A program made the translations under genes and the position numbers. A stretch of DNA of 64,000 bases from NCBI GenBank assembly GCA_902579585.1, contig CACHHJ010000001.1, positions 7,175 through 71,174 on the forward strand, in the 5' to 3' direction. The DNA is from an uncultured Pelagibacteraceae bacterium (GTDB taxonomy: Bacteria; Pseudomonadota; Alphaproteobacteria; Pelagibacterales; Pelagibacteraceae). The notes beneath the pieces were generated by a model, which saw only the letters and a list, made by a program, of their open reading frames with translations, did not search any database and was not told where the DNA came from. Positions 1-11,712 of this stretch are shown here, piece by piece. How positions within the stretch are numbered: position 1 is the stretch's first letter; the number at the start of each line of letters is the position of its first letter.

Positions 1-80
1 GGAAAAATATATTGAAGAAATTTGATGTAGAACAAATGTGCAATTCAACTTTTTTGGAATATAAAAAACTAATTAAATAA
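1..80 (+). CDS. 3' end of an upstream CDS (partial, cut by window edge); product not assignable
   Basis: Frame 3 is open from nt 3 to TAA at 78-80 (...KNILKKFDVEQMCNSTFLEYKKLIK*). The stop abuts the thrS ATG. Only 25 codons are visible. Confidence 0.3.
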   Translation, partial: KNILKKFDVEQMCNSTFLEYKKLIK

Positions 81-2000
81 ATGCCAAATATAACTTTACC
101 AGATGGAAAAAAACTTAATTTCAAGAGCAATATAAGTGGTGTTGAAATTGCTGAAAAGATAAGTAAGTCACTTTCAAAGCAAGCTCTTATAATGAGTGTA
201 AATGGTGAATTGAAAGATTTGAGCTTTTCAATTCAAAAAGACTCGACTGTTAAAATAATTACACACAAAGACAAAGAGGGTTTAGAAGTAATGAGACATG
301 ACGCTGCTCATATAATGGCAATGTCAGTTCAAGAACTTTTTCCTGGAACCCAGGTAACAATCGGACCGGTCATTGAAAATGGTTTTTACTACGACTTTGC
401 AAGAAAAGAACCTTTTACAAGTGATGATCTTAAAAAAATAGAAGATAAAATGTTAGAAATAATTGATAGAGATGTAAAAACTAGACGTGAGGTATGGGAA
501 AGAGATCAGGCAATAAAACATTTTAAAAAGATAGGAGAAAATTACAAAGCAGAAATTATTCAGAGTATACCTGAAAGTGAGGAATTATCTATTTATCATC
601 ATGGTGATACTTGGCATGATTTATGTAGAGGTCCTCATTTAGTTTCATCCAGTAAAATTGGAAAGGCTTTTAAATTAACAAAAGTTTCAGGCGCATATTG
701 GAGAGGTGACTCAAATAATGAAATGTTACAAAGAATCTATGGGACATGCTGGAGCTCCAAAAAAGAATTAGACGATTATTTAAATAGATTGGAAGAAGCT
801 GAAAAAAGAGATCATAGAAAGTTAGGTAAAGAAATGGATCTATTTCATTTCAGAGAGGAAAGTCCTGGCGCAGTTTTTTGGCATGAAAAAGGATGGACTT
901 TATTTCAAAGACTTATTGAGTATATGAGGTTAAAACAAAGATATGCTGGATATAGAGAAATAAATACTCCAGAATTGCTAGACAAAACTCTTTGGGAAAA
1001 ATCTGGACATTGGGATAAATTTGGCGACTTAATGTTTACATCAGAAACACCCGATGAAAAAGTTTTTGCAGTAAAACCGATGAACTGCCCTGGGTGTGTT
1101 CAAGTTTTTAATCAAGGATTAAAAAGCTACAGAGATCTTCCTTTGAAACTTTCTGAGTTTGGAAAAGTACACAGATATGAACCTTCGGGTGCTTTACATG
1201 GTTTGTTAAGAGTAAGAGCTTTTACTCAAGACGATGCTCATATCTTCTGTACAGAAGATCAGATAACAGACGAGTGTATAACTGTTACAAAATTAATTCT
1301 AGATATTTATAAAGATTTAGGTTTTAAGAAAGTTTTTTTAAAATACTCGGATAGACCAGAAAAAAGAGTTGGAGACGATGCTGTTTGGGATAAATCAGAG
1401 AAAGCTTTACTTGAGGCAATAAAAAAAACCAAATTGGAATATACTATTAACAAAGGAGAAGGAGCCTTTTATGGACCTAAAATTGAATTTGTTTTACGTG
1501 ATGCTATTGGTCGTGATTGGCAGTGTGGCACACTTCAGGTAGACTTGAACTTACCGAAAAGACTTGGCGCTACTTTTGTAGATAAAGATGGAGCAAAAAA
1601 AACACCAGTAATGTTACATAGAGCATTATTTGGGTCCTTAGAAAGATTCATTGGAATTTTAATTGAAAACTATGCAGGAAAACTTCCATTTTGGCTATCA
1701 CCATTACAAGCAGTTGTGTTACCCATTGCCGAAGAACACAATGATTATGCAAAAAAAATATTTCAAGACCTCTTCAAAGAAGGTATAAAATGCGAAGTGG
1801 ATTTAAGAAATCAAAAAATAAATTACAAGATAAGAGAACACTCTCTATCTAAAACACCTCTTATTTTAATATGTGGAAAAAAAGAAATTTCAGACAAAAG
1901 TGTTACTATAAGAAGTCTAGGTTCTGAAAAACAAGAAAATATAAAATTCACTAAGGCTATAGAAAAAATTAAAATGCTAAACAATCTCCCAATTAAATAA
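81..2000 (+). CDS. thrS: threonine--tRNA ligase
   Basis: 639 aa. TGS-like N-terminus, class II motifs (HRYEPSGALHGLLRVRAFTQDDAHIF, GAFYGPKIEF) and thrS-infC-rpmI-rplT-pheST synteny. Confidence 0.97.
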   Translation: MPNITLPDGKKLNFKSNISGVEIAEKISKSLSKQALIMSVNGELKDLSFSIQKDSTVKIITHKDKEGLEVMRHDAAHIMAMSVQELFPGTQVTIGPVIENGFYYDFARKEPFTSDDLKKIEDKMLEIIDRDVKTRREVWERDQAIKHFKKIGENYKAEIIQSIPESEELSIYHHGDTWHDLCRGPHLVSSSKIGKAFKLTKVSGAYWRGDSNNEMLQRIYGTCWSSKKELDDYLNRLEEAEKRDHRKLGKEMDLFHFREESPGAVFWHEKGWTLFQRLIEYMRLKQRYAGYREINTPELLDKTLWEKSGHWDKFGDLMFTSETPDEKVFAVKPMNCPGCVQVFNQGLKSYRDLPLKLSEFGKVHRYEPSGALHGLLRVRAFTQDDAHIFCTEDQITDECITVTKLILDIYKDLGFKKVFLKYSDRPEKRVGDDAVWDKSEKALLEAIKKTKLEYTINKGEGAFYGPKIEFVLRDAIGRDWQCGTLQVDLNLPKRLGATFVDKDGAKKTPVMLHRALFGSLERFIGILIENYAGKLPFWLSPLQAVVLPIAEEHNDYAKKIFQDLFKEGIKCEVDLRNQKINYKIREHSLSKTPLILICGKKEISDKSVTIRSLGSEKQENIKFTKAIEKIKMLNNLPIK

Positions 2001-2546
2001 GTGCACAAACCAAAATCAAATTATTTCCAGAGAAGAACAAAATTTCAAGGCCCTAGAACTAATGAAAGAATTAGAAGTCTTGATGTGCAAGTAATAAATA
2101 GCACAGGGGAAAATCTTGGAGTTTTACCTATAAAAAAAGCAATTGAAGCTGCCAAGGGAGAAGGCCTGGACCTAATCGAAATATCACCAAATGCAAATCC
2201 ACCAGTTTGTAAAATAATGGATATTGGAAAATACAAATATGATTTGCAAAAAAAAGCTAGTAAAGCAAAAAAAAATCAGAGGATTTCTAATTTAAAAGAA
2301 TTAAAACTCAGACCTGGAACAGAAGTACATGACTATAATTTCAAAATTAAAAACGCTAAAAAGTTCCTAACTAAAGGTGACAAAGTAAAATTTACTGTTA
2401 AGTTTAAGGGCAGAGAAATGCAACACATTCAGCTGGGTAAAGATCTCATGGAAAGAATAATTACTGATACAAAGGAAATAGGACAAGTCGAGGTAAGACC
2501 CAAATTTGAAGGCAGACAAATGATAATGATAATTCAGCCTAATTAG
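2001..2546 (+). CDS. infC: translation initiation factor IF-3 (non-AUG start, GTG at 2001)
   Basis: 181 aa with ISPNANPPVCKIMDIGKYKY and KFKGREMQH...GRQMIMI motifs. There is no in-frame ATG upstream of the conserved N-domain. GTG immediately follows the thrS TAA. Confidence 0.9.
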   Translation: MHKPKSNYFQRRTKFQGPRTNERIRSLDVQVINSTGENLGVLPIKKAIEAAKGEGLDLIEISPNANPPVCKIMDIGKYKYDLQKKASKAKKNQRISNLKELKLRPGTEVHDYNFKIKNAKKFLTKGDKVKFTVKFKGREMQHIQLGKDLMERIITDTKEIGQVEVRPKFEGRQMIMIIQPN

Positions 2547-2601
2547 CTTGGATTAAAAAAATCTTGATAAGGAAAAACAATCTATATATAACTGCTTGAC
2601 C

Positions 2602-2808
2602 ATGCCAAAATTAAAAACTAAGAGCTCAGCGAAAAAAAGATTTAAACTTACAAAATCTGGTAAAGTTAAAATGCCCCAAGCAGGAAAGAGACATGGTATG
2701 ATTAAGAGAACAAATTCTCAAATAAGAAAACAACGAGGAACAACTATAATGACTAAACAAGATTCTAAAATAGTAAAATCTTATATGCCATATAGTTTAA
2801 GAGGCTGA
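2602..2808 (+). CDS. rpmI: 50S ribosomal protein L35
   Basis: [15 protein letters not shown]... is a canonical L35 N-terminus. I prefer the ATG at 2602 to the ORF-track TTG at 2596. Confidence 0.93.
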   Translation: MPKLKTKSSAKKRFKLTKSGKVKMPQAGKRHGMIKRTNSQIRKQRGTTIMTKQDSKIVKSYMPYSLRG

Positions 2809-2809
2809 T

Positions 2810-3166
2810 ATGTCTAGAACCAAAAGAGGAGTAGTAAGTAGGGCACGGCACAAGAAAGTTCTAAAATTTGTTAAGGGTCAATTCGGAAGAAGAAAAAATA
2901 CAATTCGTGTAGCTAGGCAAGCAATGGAAAAAGCCATGCAATATGCCTATAGAGACAGAAGAGCAAAAAAAAGAGAATTTAGATCACTTTGGATTCAAAG
3001 AATAAATGCAGGTGTTAGGGAAGAAGGAATGACATATTCAAAATTTATTAGCGGTTTAAGCAAATCAAAGATAAAATTAGATCGAAAAGTTTTAGCTGAT
3101 TTAGCTTATAATAATCCAGAAGCTTTCAAATCCCTTGTTAAAAAAGTTCAGTTATCAATAAAATAA
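2810..3166 (+). CDS. rplT: 50S ribosomal protein L20
   Basis: [19 protein letters not shown]... with [21 protein letters not shown]. Starts 1 nt after the rpmI stop. Confidence 0.95.
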   Translation: MSRTKRGVVSRARHKKVLKFVKGQFGRRKNTIRVARQAMEKAMQYAYRDRRAKKREFRSLWIQRINAGVREEGMTYSKFISGLSKSKIKLDRKVLADLAYNNPEAFKSLVKKVQLSIK

Positions 3167-3207
3167 AATTGTTTTTTCTTACACAAAGTTAGAGTAAAAA
3201 CTAACCA

Positions 3208-4263
3208 ATGGTAGATTTACGAGAATTAATTCAGAAAGTATCACAAGCAAAAGACAAGTTAGAATTGCAAAATCTTAAATCTCAATTTTTAGGAAAAAAC
3301 AGTCAAATTAATCTGGAATTTAAAAAACTTGGTTCGCTTGATGAAAATGAAAGAAAAGTTCGAGCTTCTTCATTAAATAATGAAAAACAAAAAATTACCG
3401 AAGCTATTAATAACAAATTTAAAGAATTAGAAAATTTAGAAATAAACCAAAAACTTCAAAAAAATAAAGTTGATGTAACTTTACCAGCTCGGGAAAGACC
3501 AAGTGGTAAAATACACCCTGTTTCACAAGTAATCGACGAGATCTCATCAATATTTTCAGAAATAGGTTTCTCTGTTGCTGAAGGGCCAGATGTTGAAAGT
3601 GAATATAATAATTTTACAGCTTTAAATACTCCAGAAGATCATCCAGCTAGAGATATGCATGATACTTTTTATTTAGATAACAATAAAAAAATATTACTTA
3701 GAACACATACATCACCAGTTCAAATTAGAACAATGTTAAATGGCAAGCCTCCGTTTAAAATTATTGTACCAGGCAGAACTTATCGTTGTGATAGTGACCA
3801 AACTCATGCACCAATGTTTCATCAGCTTGAAGGACTGCACATAGACAAAGATATCACCATGGGTCATTTAAAGGGATGTTTAGACTACTTCGTTAAAGAA
3901 TTTTTTGAGGTTAAAAAGATTAAAATGCGATTTAGACCTAGCCATTTTCCATTTACTGAACCTTCAGCAGAAGTTGATATTGGCTATAGATTAGAAAATG
4001 GAAGAATTATTGTTGGTGAGGGTGATAAGTGGCTTGAGATATTAGGCTGCGGAATGGTTCATCCAAATGTTTTAAAAAATGCCAAAGTAGATACAAAAAA
4101 ATTTCAGGGTTATGCATTTGGAATGGGAATAGATAGACTTGCAATGTTAAAATACGGAATAAACGATCTTAGATCTTTTTTTGAAGCTGATTTTCGATGG
4201 TTAAATTATTTTGGATTTGACCCTTTAGATGTTCCAACAAACTATAGAGGTCTGAGCAGATGA
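3208..4263 (+). CDS. pheS: phenylalanine--tRNA ligase alpha subunit
   Basis: 351 aa with [23 protein letters not shown] and [11 protein letters not shown] class II motifs. Confidence 0.96.
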   Translation: MVDLRELIQKVSQAKDKLELQNLKSQFLGKNSQINLEFKKLGSLDENERKVRASSLNNEKQKITEAINNKFKELENLEINQKLQKNKVDVTLPARERPSGKIHPVSQVIDEISSIFSEIGFSVAEGPDVESEYNNFTALNTPEDHPARDMHDTFYLDNNKKILLRTHTSPVQIRTMLNGKPPFKIIVPGRTYRCDSDQTHAPMFHQLEGLHIDKDITMGHLKGCLDYFVKEFFEVKKIKMRFRPSHFPFTEPSAEVDIGYRLENGRIIVGEGDKWLEILGCGMVHPNVLKNAKVDTKKFQGYAFGMGIDRLAMLKYGINDLRSFFEADFRWLNYFGFDPLDVPTNYRGLSR

Positions 4264-6662
4264 TAATCACTTTATCCTGGCTTAAAGATCATTTAGTTAC
4301 TAATGCAAATTTAGGAACAATAATAGACAAACTTACTGATATTGGCCTTGAAGTTGAGGGGATAAAAGAAAGTCAAAGTGAACTATCTGATTTTAAAATT
4401 GCAAAAGTTTTAAAAGCAGAAAAACACCCTAATGCAGACAAACTAAAACTTTGTGAAGTTAGTTTGGGTAACAGTAATACCTATAAAGTTGTTTGTGGCG
4501 CTGCAAATGCTAGAGATGGCCTGATAACTGTTTATGCACCTCCCGGAACAATAATTCCCAAAACAAAAATAAAATTGAAAGTAGCTAAAATCAGGGGCGT
4601 AGAGTCTCATGGCATGTTGTGTTCTGAAAGTGAACTTAATATTTCAGATGAAAGTGATGGAATAGTTGAGCTGAAGAATAGAAGTAAGGATATTGGAAAA
4701 AACTTTTTTAAGAGCAAAGGCGAAAAATCAATAGATTTATCAATAACACCAAACAGACCAGATTGTTTAGGGGTTAGAGGAATAGCCAGAGACTTGGCTT
4801 CAACGGGTTTAGGAAAGCTTTCTAATCTTAAAAAAATCAAATTTAAACAAAATTTTTCTCAGCCTATGAAAATTTCTATTACAAAAGAAAAAAATCAGGG
4901 ATGTATGTCGTTTGGTGCTTGCTATATCAGAAACATAAAAAACAAAGAGAGCCCAGAATGGTTAAAAGAAAAAATAATTTCTCTTGGTTTAAAACCAATA
5001 TCCGCAGTTGTTGATATTACAAATTATGTAATGTTGGATCTAAACAGACCTCTGCATGCTTATGATGCAAATAAAATAGATAAAGAAATTATAGTACGAA
5101 ATTCAAGACCTGAAGAAAACTTCGAAGCATTAGATGGCAAAAAGTATAAGCTTAAAAATAACATGTGTGTTATTTCTGACAAATCAGGCGCGTTAGGACT
5201 AGGAGGAATTATTGGAGGTACTCGTTCAGGAACTGAATTTGAAACAACAAATATACTATTAGAGTCGGCGTATTTTTATCCATCTTCTGTAAGAAGGACC
5301 GCCAACTCTTTAGACATTGATACTGATGCAAAATATAGATTTGAAAGGGGAATTGATCCAAATTCTATCAAAGAAGGTCTCGAATTAGCTACAGGTCTAA
5401 TTATTAAAATTTGTGGAGGAGAAGCAAGTAAATTTTCTTTAGTTGGCAAAACAAATATAAAGAATCGAATAATTGAAATCGATAGTAATAAATTTAAAAA
5501 AGTTATAGGAATTCCAATCTCGTCGAGCGAAACTAAAAAAATACTTAATTCATTAGGTTTTAAAACAAAAGTTTCAAAAAAGAATTTTAAAATGGAAATT
5601 CCTTCTTGGAGGCCAGATGTAAAGCAAGACATAGATATTATAGAAGAACTTATAAGAATAAAAGGTTTTGATAAGATTTCATTAATTCATCCAGAGAGAA
5701 AAAGATCAAGAGAAACTCTAAATTTTAAACAGAAATTATTCCACCTTTCTCAAAGAGCTGTAGCTAGCAAAGGTTATTTAGAAGCGGTGACCTGGTCCTT
5801 TACAGACTCACGTATAGACAAGCAGTTCTCTCAGGGAAAAAAAGAAATAGAAATAACAAATCCAATTTCAAGTGACCTAAATGTATTAAGAAGATCAATA
5901 TTTTCAAATTTAATTATTTACTTAAAAAAAAACCAGGACAGAGGTTATCCAGATCTTTCATTATTTGAAATTGGACCAACTTTTTCTGGTAATAAACCTG
6001 GAGAACAACAGATCGTTTTAGGTGGCTTAAAATCTGGTGTCGCAAATCGGAAAAGCTGGGATTCAAAAGCTCGAGATATAGATGTATTTGATGTTAAAGG
6101 AGATGCGATAAAAACTTTAGTTGAGCTCGGAATAAATGAAGATGATTTGTTTATAAGCAACAATACACAAGACTATTATAATCCAGGAAGATCTGGCTCA
6201 GTTAATCTAAAATCATTAAATGGACCACAATTAGCTTTTTTTGGAGAAATACATCCAGGTATAGTTTCAAATCTAGATTTTAAAGAGGGAAATGTTTGTG
6301 GATTTGAGATTTTTTTAAATAATATGCCAGAACCTAAAAAAAAATATAGACTAAACAAAAGAAACTATTCAGTCTCTGAATTTCAAAAATCTGAAAGAGA
6401 CTTTGCTTTTGTTATTGATAAAAATTATAAAGCAGGAGATGTAGAAAAAATCATAAGCGAAGCCGACAAGAATTTAATTAAAAAAGTTTTGATATTTGAC
6501 GTCTTCGAGGGCGGTAATATGCCTGAGGGAAAAAAATCAATAGCTGTGAACGTAACAATTCAATCCATGGAAAAAACTCTTTCAGAAAAAGATTTAAACG
6601 AAGTAAGTCAAAAAATAATTAATCTTGTCAAAACCAAGACTGGTGGAACAATAAGATCCTAA
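4260..6662 (+). CDS. pheT: phenylalanine--tRNA ligase beta subunit
   Basis: 800 aa. N-terminal tRNA-binding domain ([16 protein letters not shown]), B3/4 and B5 regions, C-terminal FDX-ACB-like domain. ATGA overlap with pheS. Confidence 0.96.
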   Translation: MIITLSWLKDHLVTNANLGTIIDKLTDIGLEVEGIKESQSELSDFKIAKVLKAEKHPNADKLKLCEVSLGNSNTYKVVCGAANARDGLITVYAPPGTIIPKTKIKLKVAKIRGVESHGMLCSESELNISDESDGIVELKNRSKDIGKNFFKSKGEKSIDLSITPNRPDCLGVRGIARDLASTGLGKLSNLKKIKFKQNFSQPMKISITKEKNQGCMSFGACYIRNIKNKESPEWLKEKIISLGLKPISAVVDITNYVMLDLNRPLHAYDANKIDKEIIVRNSRPEENFEALDGKKYKLKNNMCVISDKSGALGLGGIIGGTRSGTEFETTNILLESAYFYPSSVRRTANSLDIDTDAKYRFERGIDPNSIKEGLELATGLIIKICGGEASKFSLVGKTNIKNRIIEIDSNKFKKVIGIPISSSETKKILNSLGFKTKVSKKNFKMEIPSWRPDVKQDIDIIEELIRIKGFDKISLIHPERKRSRETLNFKQKLFHLSQRAVASKGYLEAVTWSFTDSRIDKQFSQGKKEIEITNPISSDLNVLRRSIFSNLIIYLKKNQDRGYPDLSLFEIGPTFSGNKPGEQQIVLGGLKSGVANRKSWDSKARDIDVFDVKGDAIKTLVELGINEDDLFISNNTQDYYNPGRSGSVNLKSLNGPQLAFFGEIHPGIVSNLDFKEGNVCGFEIFLNNMPEPKKKYRLNKRNYSVSEFQKSERDFAFVIDKNYKAGDVEKIISEADKNLIKKVLIFDVFEGGNMPEGKKSIAVNVTIQSMEKTLSEKDLNEVSQKIINLVKTKTGGTIRS

Positions 6663-8470
6663 TGTCAGATATCAACAAAGTAAGAAATTTTGCGATTATC
6701 GCACATATCGACCATGGAAAGTCGACAATTGCTGACAGAATGATTCAAACATGTGGTGGTCTCTCAGAAAGAGAGATGAAAGAACAAGTTTTAGACTCTA
6801 TGGATATTGAAAGAGAAAGAGGAATTACTATTAAAGCCCAAACGGTTAAATTAAATTATAAATCAAAAGATGGGAACACATATAAATTAAATATTATCGA
6901 TACACCTGGACATGTTGATTTTAGTTATGAGGTGAGTCGTTCGTTGCTTGCCTGTGAGGGTTCCGTACTAATTGTTGATAGTTCTCAAGGAGTTGAAGCA
7001 CAGACTTTGGCGAACGTATATCAGGCTCTAGACTCAGATCATCATATTATTCCAGTATTAAATAAAATAGATTTGCCGGCTTCAGATGTAGAAAAGGTAA
7101 AAAAACAGATTGAAGATGTAATCGGGATAGATACTTCAAAAGCTATCTCTTGCTCTGGTAAAACAGGAGAAGGCATCCAAGAAATTTTAGAAACAATTGT
7201 CAAAGATCTTCCTGCACCAAAAGGAAATTTACCATCAAAGCTTAAATCTTTATTAGTTGATAGTTGGTACGACAGCTATCTTGGTGTTGTAATACTGGTT
7301 AGAGTTATTGATGGCAAGATAAGAAAAGGAATGAAAATTAAATTAATGTCTACAAATCGAGACTATCAAATTGAAAAAGTTGGTATTTTTACACCTAAAG
7401 CCCAAGACATCGAAGAGTTAAGTGCTGGCGAAATAGGTTTTATTATTACTGGTATTAAAAGCCTATCAGAAACTAAAGTTGGAGATACAATATGTGATAG
7501 TAGCGATCCAATTGAAAAACCTTTACCAGGATTTAAGCCAAGTAAGCCTGTTGTTTTTTGTGGTTTATTTCCGGTTGATAGCTCAGAGTATCAAAAACTT
7601 AAAGATGGGTTAGCAAAATTAAAATTAAATGACTCTAGTTTTTCTTATGAAGCAGAATCATCTAGTGCACTAGGTTTAGGTTTTAGATGTGGATTTTTAG
7701 GATTGTTACATCTAGAAATAATAACTCAAAGACTTGAGCGAGAATTTGATATTAATTTGATAACCACTACTCCAGGTGTAGTTTATAAACTAAAAAAAAT
7801 TAATAACGAAACAGAAGATCTTCAAAACCCATCTTCTATGCCTGACCCTTCACAAATCAAATATATCGAGGAACCATGGATTAAAGCTACAGTGATTACT
7901 CCAGATGAGTACTTAGGATCAATAATAAAAATTTGTCAGGATAAAAGAGGTATCCAAAAAGATTTATCATACTCTGGAAACAGAGCAGTTTTAGTTTATG
8001 AATTGCCACTTAATGAAGTTGTTTTTGATTTTTATGACAGACTAAAATCTATGACGAGTGGATATGCAAGTTTTGATTATGAAATAACAGGTTATAAAGA
8101 GGGGGATTTAGTCAAACTTGGTATTTTAGTTAACAACGAACCTGTCGACGCCTTGTCAATGATAATACATAAAGAATTTGCTCAAAGTCAGGGAAGATTA
8201 GTCTGTGAAAAACTCAAAGATTTAATTCCAAGGCACAATTTTATGATTCCTATTCAAGCAGCTATAGGAGGAAAAATTATAGCAAGAGAAAGCATAAAGG
8301 GATTTAAAAAAGATGTTTTAACAAAAATTCATGGCGGGGGAGCAAGAGACCGTAAAAGAAAACTTCTTGAAAAGCAAAAGAAAGGGAAGAGCCGAGCCAA
8401 ACAATTTGGAAGAGTTGAAATACCACAAGAAGCTTTTATTGGAGTTTTAAAAATAAATAAGGAAAATTAA
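6662..8470 (+). CDS. lepA: elongation factor 4 (LepA)
   Basis: 602 aa. GTPase motifs [17 protein letters not shown] and NKID, plus the LepA C-terminal domain. TAATG overlap with pheT. Confidence 0.97.
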   Translation: MSDINKVRNFAIIAHIDHGKSTIADRMIQTCGGLSEREMKEQVLDSMDIERERGITIKAQTVKLNYKSKDGNTYKLNIIDTPGHVDFSYEVSRSLLACEGSVLIVDSSQGVEAQTLANVYQALDSDHHIIPVLNKIDLPASDVEKVKKQIEDVIGIDTSKAISCSGKTGEGIQEILETIVKDLPAPKGNLPSKLKSLLVDSWYDSYLGVVILVRVIDGKIRKGMKIKLMSTNRDYQIEKVGIFTPKAQDIEELSAGEIGFIITGIKSLSETKVGDTICDSSDPIEKPLPGFKPSKPVVFCGLFPVDSSEYQKLKDGLAKLKLNDSSFSYEAESSSALGLGFRCGFLGLLHLEIITQRLEREFDINLITTTPGVVYKLKKINNETEDLQNPSSMPDPSQIKYIEEPWIKATVITPDEYLGSIIKICQDKRGIQKDLSYSGNRAVLVYELPLNEVVFDFYDRLKSMTSGYASFDYEITGYKEGDLVKLGILVNNEPVDALSMIIHKEFAQSQGRLVCEKLKDLIPRHNFMIPIQAAIGGKIIARESIKGFKKDVLTKIHGGGARDRKRKLLEKQKKGKSRAKQFGRVEIPQEAFIGVLKINKEN

Positions 8471-9510
8471 TTTTTTAACTCTTTTAGAACTTTATCAGAA
8501 ATCGTATTATCTAAATCATACCAAATTGGTAAGCATAAATGTCTTTTTGGAATTTCTTTGTTTTTACCTAAAGCGTAATCATAAACTTTTGAAGTAGTAG
8601 TCTTTATACCTGGAAACACTTTGTCAATATTTCCATTTGGGGAAATAATCGTAAACTTATAGTAATTTCCAAGATTTGAATTTTTATTTTGATCGATATA
8701 TTTTATTTTTGCTTTTTCGCATTCTTCAATATATTTTTCTGCAATTTTAGACTTATTCTTAATAATTGTTTTGTATTCATTAACAACAGAAAATATCATA
8801 AGAGCTTGCATTTCCGACAGTCTTATATTGCAACCAATTGGCATTTTTTGTTTAAATCTGTCATATGCTGTGAAATCTTTTAAAAGTCCTCCAATTTTTT
8901 CATTATTAGTGACAGCAACCCCTCCTTCTCCAGCAAATATAGCTTTAGTAGAATAATACGAGTAAACACCCGCATCACCAAATGTGCCTGCAAATTTATT
9001 ATTTAAAGTTGAACCAAAACTATGAGCAGCGTCCTCTAAAAGCAAAATGTTTTTTTCCTTACAAAATTTCGATATTTTTTCAATGTCAGGATTTATAATC
9101 CCACCAATATCACTAAGCATAATCACCAAATTATCCAAATTACCTTTATGATTATTTATTGAATCTTTAATATCTTGAATATTTGGCATTAAAGTTTCTA
9201 AACGACAATTAATATAATCAACAATTTTGTAACCCGCTGTTCCACAGATTGTTCTAACCCCATACATTGTGTTTGATTGAATCATTATCTCGCTTCTACC
9301 AAAGTACTCTTTAAAAATTAAAAGCAAAGCGACTAACCCACTTCCATTAGAGTTCACTGGAATTGCATTTTTCACTCCCGCAATAGTTTTTATTTTATTT
9401 GATAATTTGTCTATCCACGGTCCCTCAGATAGGCTCCCTGAATTAAAAATTTCATCTTGATTTTTTTTAAAAAATTCAATCGCACTTTTTGGTATCTTAA
9501 CTAATCCCAT
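8467..9510 (-). CDS. DegT/DnrJ/EryC1/StrS-family PLP-dependent sugar aminotransferase
   Basis: EDAAHSFGS and [12 protein letters not shown] (PLP-lysine context). I prefer the ATG at 9510 (MGLVKIPKS...), 2 nt after the upstream stop. The ORF-track start at 9543 would overlap by 31 nt. Confidence 0.85.
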   Translation of the reverse strand: MGLVKIPKSAIEFFKKNQDEIFNSGSLSEGPWIDKLSNKIKTIAGVKNAIPVNSNGSGLVALLLIFKEYFGRSEIMIQSNTMYGVRTICGTAGYKIVDYINCRLETLMPNIQDIKDSINNHKGNLDNLVIMLSDIGGIINPDIEKISKFCKEKNILLLEDAAHSFGSTLNNKFAGTFGDAGVYSYYSTKAIFAGEGGVAVTNNEKIGGLLKDFTAYDRFKQKMPIGCNIRLSEMQALMIFSVVNEYKTIIKNKSKIAEKYIEECEKAKIKYIDQNKNSNLGNYYKFTIISPNGNIDKVFPGIKTTTSKVYDYALGKNKEIPKRHLCLPIWYDLDNTISDKVLKELKN

Positions 9511-9512
9511 TT

Positions 9513-10766
9513 TTAACTTACCTTTTTTTGTTGTTCTTCCCAAACTGTTTCATCAATTAAATTATTGAATTTTTCAGTAATGTTATCAATTTTAAAAAAT
9601 TTTCTTGGATTCTTTTTATATATTATTCTGTAAAATTCTGGTGCCAAGCTAAATGCTAAAGTAAATTTACCAGGAATAACTGACCAAACATTATTATGAA
9701 TGTTCGACTTATTAATATGAAAAAGATAATTCCTGTCCTCTTTTTTCGAAATAATCTCATTTTTCACTCCAACATACTTATTTAATATTTCTATTCTAGG
9801 ATTTAGTTTTTTATGTTCATCAATCATATATTTAAAATAATTTTCTACTTCTTCCCTTTTAGATAGACTAATTCCTCCAATCATCCCAAAAGAGGATCCC
9901 TTAGTTATTATATTTATACATTTTTTTGCATAATAATCTAATTCTACAAATGATTTTGCACTAGGTGGGACATTTTTAACTACCGCAATCGGTGCAAAAG
10001 ACTTTCTTACTTTTATATTAGTAAATTTTTCAATATTTCCACCTGTGCAAATTACCATTTTCTCACCTTTAATTTTAATATTTTTGCATATGACCTCAAC
10101 TTCATCTTGATTATTCTTAATTTCTAAAAGTTCATTATCAGTAAAAATTTCTAATCCTCTACCAGCAGAAACGCCTATAAGATCTTTAAGTAAATTTCTT
10201 GAATTAGTTGTAAAGTCAGTACTCTTGATTTCATGAAATTTTTTATTGGACAATAAAACTTTCAAAAAATTTTTTAAAATTGGGATATAATATTCTGATG
10301 TCACGCTTTCTAAAATTCCAGCTCTTTTACGAAGCCAGTCATGATTGCGTATTCCCTCTATTAAAGATACAGATCTAGCAACAGAGTAAATCCAGGGAAG
10401 TATAAATTTTCTACTACCCAATCTGTATTTGAAATTAATGTAGTTTTGATTAAACCAGGTGTTTTTATTTTCGTTAATCTTTAGTCCTTTTTCAGATGGA
10501 GATAAATTCATATTAGGAAAACTAGAATAAAATTCCAGTATATCATCAAGAGAACCAAGAATATACTTCAATGTCTTCATGTCATCTTTTACTAATGTGT
10601 ACAGCGATCCAGTATGAACCCACTCATGAAATTCTCTTGTAGCCACAGATGCTAATTTTTTATTTTTTTCTATAAGAGCCACAGAGAAGCCCTCTCTAGT
10701 CAAAATTTCAGCTATTGAAATGCCAGCAACTCCTCCACCAACTATTATCCAATCAAAATTTTTCAT
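9513..10766 (-). CDS. FAD-dependent oxidoreductase (DAO-like), function unknown
   Basis: 417 aa. N-terminal Rossmann dinucleotide motif DWIIVGGGVAGISIAEIL...ALIEK. No further family motif was recognised. Confidence 0.7.
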   Translation of the reverse strand: MKNFDWIIVGGGVAGISIAEILTREGFSVALIEKNKKLASVATREFHEWVHTGSLYTLVKDDMKTLKYILGSLDDILEFYSSFPNMNLSPSEKGLKINENKNTWFNQNYINFKYRLGSRKFILPWIYSVARSVSLIEGIRNHDWLRKRAGILESVTSEYYIPILKNFLKVLLSNKKFHEIKSTDFTTNSRNLLKDLIGVSAGRGLEIFTDNELLEIKNNQDEVEVICKNIKIKGEKMVICTGGNIEKFTNIKVRKSFAPIAVVKNVPPSAKSFVELDYYAKKCINIITKGSSFGMIGGISLSKREEVENYFKYMIDEHKKLNPRIEILNKYVGVKNEIISKKEDRNYLFHINKSNIHNNVWSVIPGKFTLAFSLAPEFYRIIYKKNPRKFFKIDNITEKFNNLIDETVWEEQQKKVS

Positions 10767-10773
10767 TTATTTA

Positions 10774-11700
10774 TTATTTCTTCATCGCCAAAATTGTTTT
10801 TGATATTCCATCCTCTAGCTTAACAAATTTTGAATTTTTGATATTTAAAAAACTATTAAGTTTATCAAATTTACCGCTTGATTTTTTTGGATCAAATTTA
10901 TCTAATTTTCTTTTAATAACTCGCGGACTTACCCTTAAATTTTTTTTAATTATATTAAATAATCTATTGATATTTATTGATTTTCCAGTTCCAACATTCA
11001 TTACATGATATGATTTTTGCCTCTGAAGTTTTTTCATTGATAAAAACATTACTTTAATGATGTCATCTATATAAACAAAGTCTCTTGTCTGGTAGCCACC
11101 ATTTATTATAATTTTTAAATTTCTTTTCATTCTATTAATAAAAATTGGAATAACAGCAGAATAAGGACTGTGTGGATTTTGGCCTGGGCCGTATACGTTA
11201 AACAATCTTAATCCAACAGATGGTATCTTAAAAATATTAAAGTACATTTTAGCATAATGTTCGATAGTTAATTTATCTTGTGCATACGGAGAAGTTATAG
11301 AAAATTTTTCAATTTTATCATTCCCCAAAGGAAGATTTCCATAAATGGCAGAGGAAGATGCATAAACCACTGGAACAGAAAAGTGATTTGCTAAATCAAA
11401 TACTTTAAGAGTACTTTTTAAATTATTTGAGCTACTTGCGTAAAAGTCTTTTAGTGATTGAGGAACAGAAGATTGAGCTGCTAAGTGAAAAATACCATCT
11501 AATTTATTCGTATAGAGTTTTTTAATATTCTGAATTTTTTTTTTAATTAACCTTTTTCTCAAATTTTTTGGCAGGTTGTTTATACTTCCTTCTGACAGAT
11601 CATCTACAAGAATTAAATCATACTTCTTGTTCATTTTTTTTATTAGGTTTGAACCTATAAAACCAGCACAGCCAGTAATTAAATATTTACCCTTTTTCAT
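10774..11700 (-). CDS. NAD-dependent nucleotide-sugar epimerase/dehydratase (extended SDR)
   Basis: 308 aa with ITGCAGFIGSN (GxxGxxG), ASSSAIYG and YAQDK (YxxxK). Confidence 0.85.
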   Translation of the reverse strand: MKKGKYLITGCAGFIGSNLIKKMNKKYDLILVDDLSEGSINNLPKNLRKRLIKKKIQNIKKLYTNKLDGIFHLAAQSSVPQSLKDFYASSSNNLKSTLKVFDLANHFSVPVVYASSSAIYGNLPLGNDKIEKFSITSPYAQDKLTIEHYAKMYFNIFKIPSVGLRLFNVYGPGQNPHSPYSAVIPIFINRMKRNLKIIINGGYQTRDFVYIDDIIKVMFLSMKKLQRQKSYHVMNVGTGKSININRLFNIIKKNLRVSPRVIKRKLDKFDPKKSSGKFDKLNSFLNIKNSKFVKLEDGISKTILAMKK

Positions 11701-11712
11701 TTAATTTAATTA

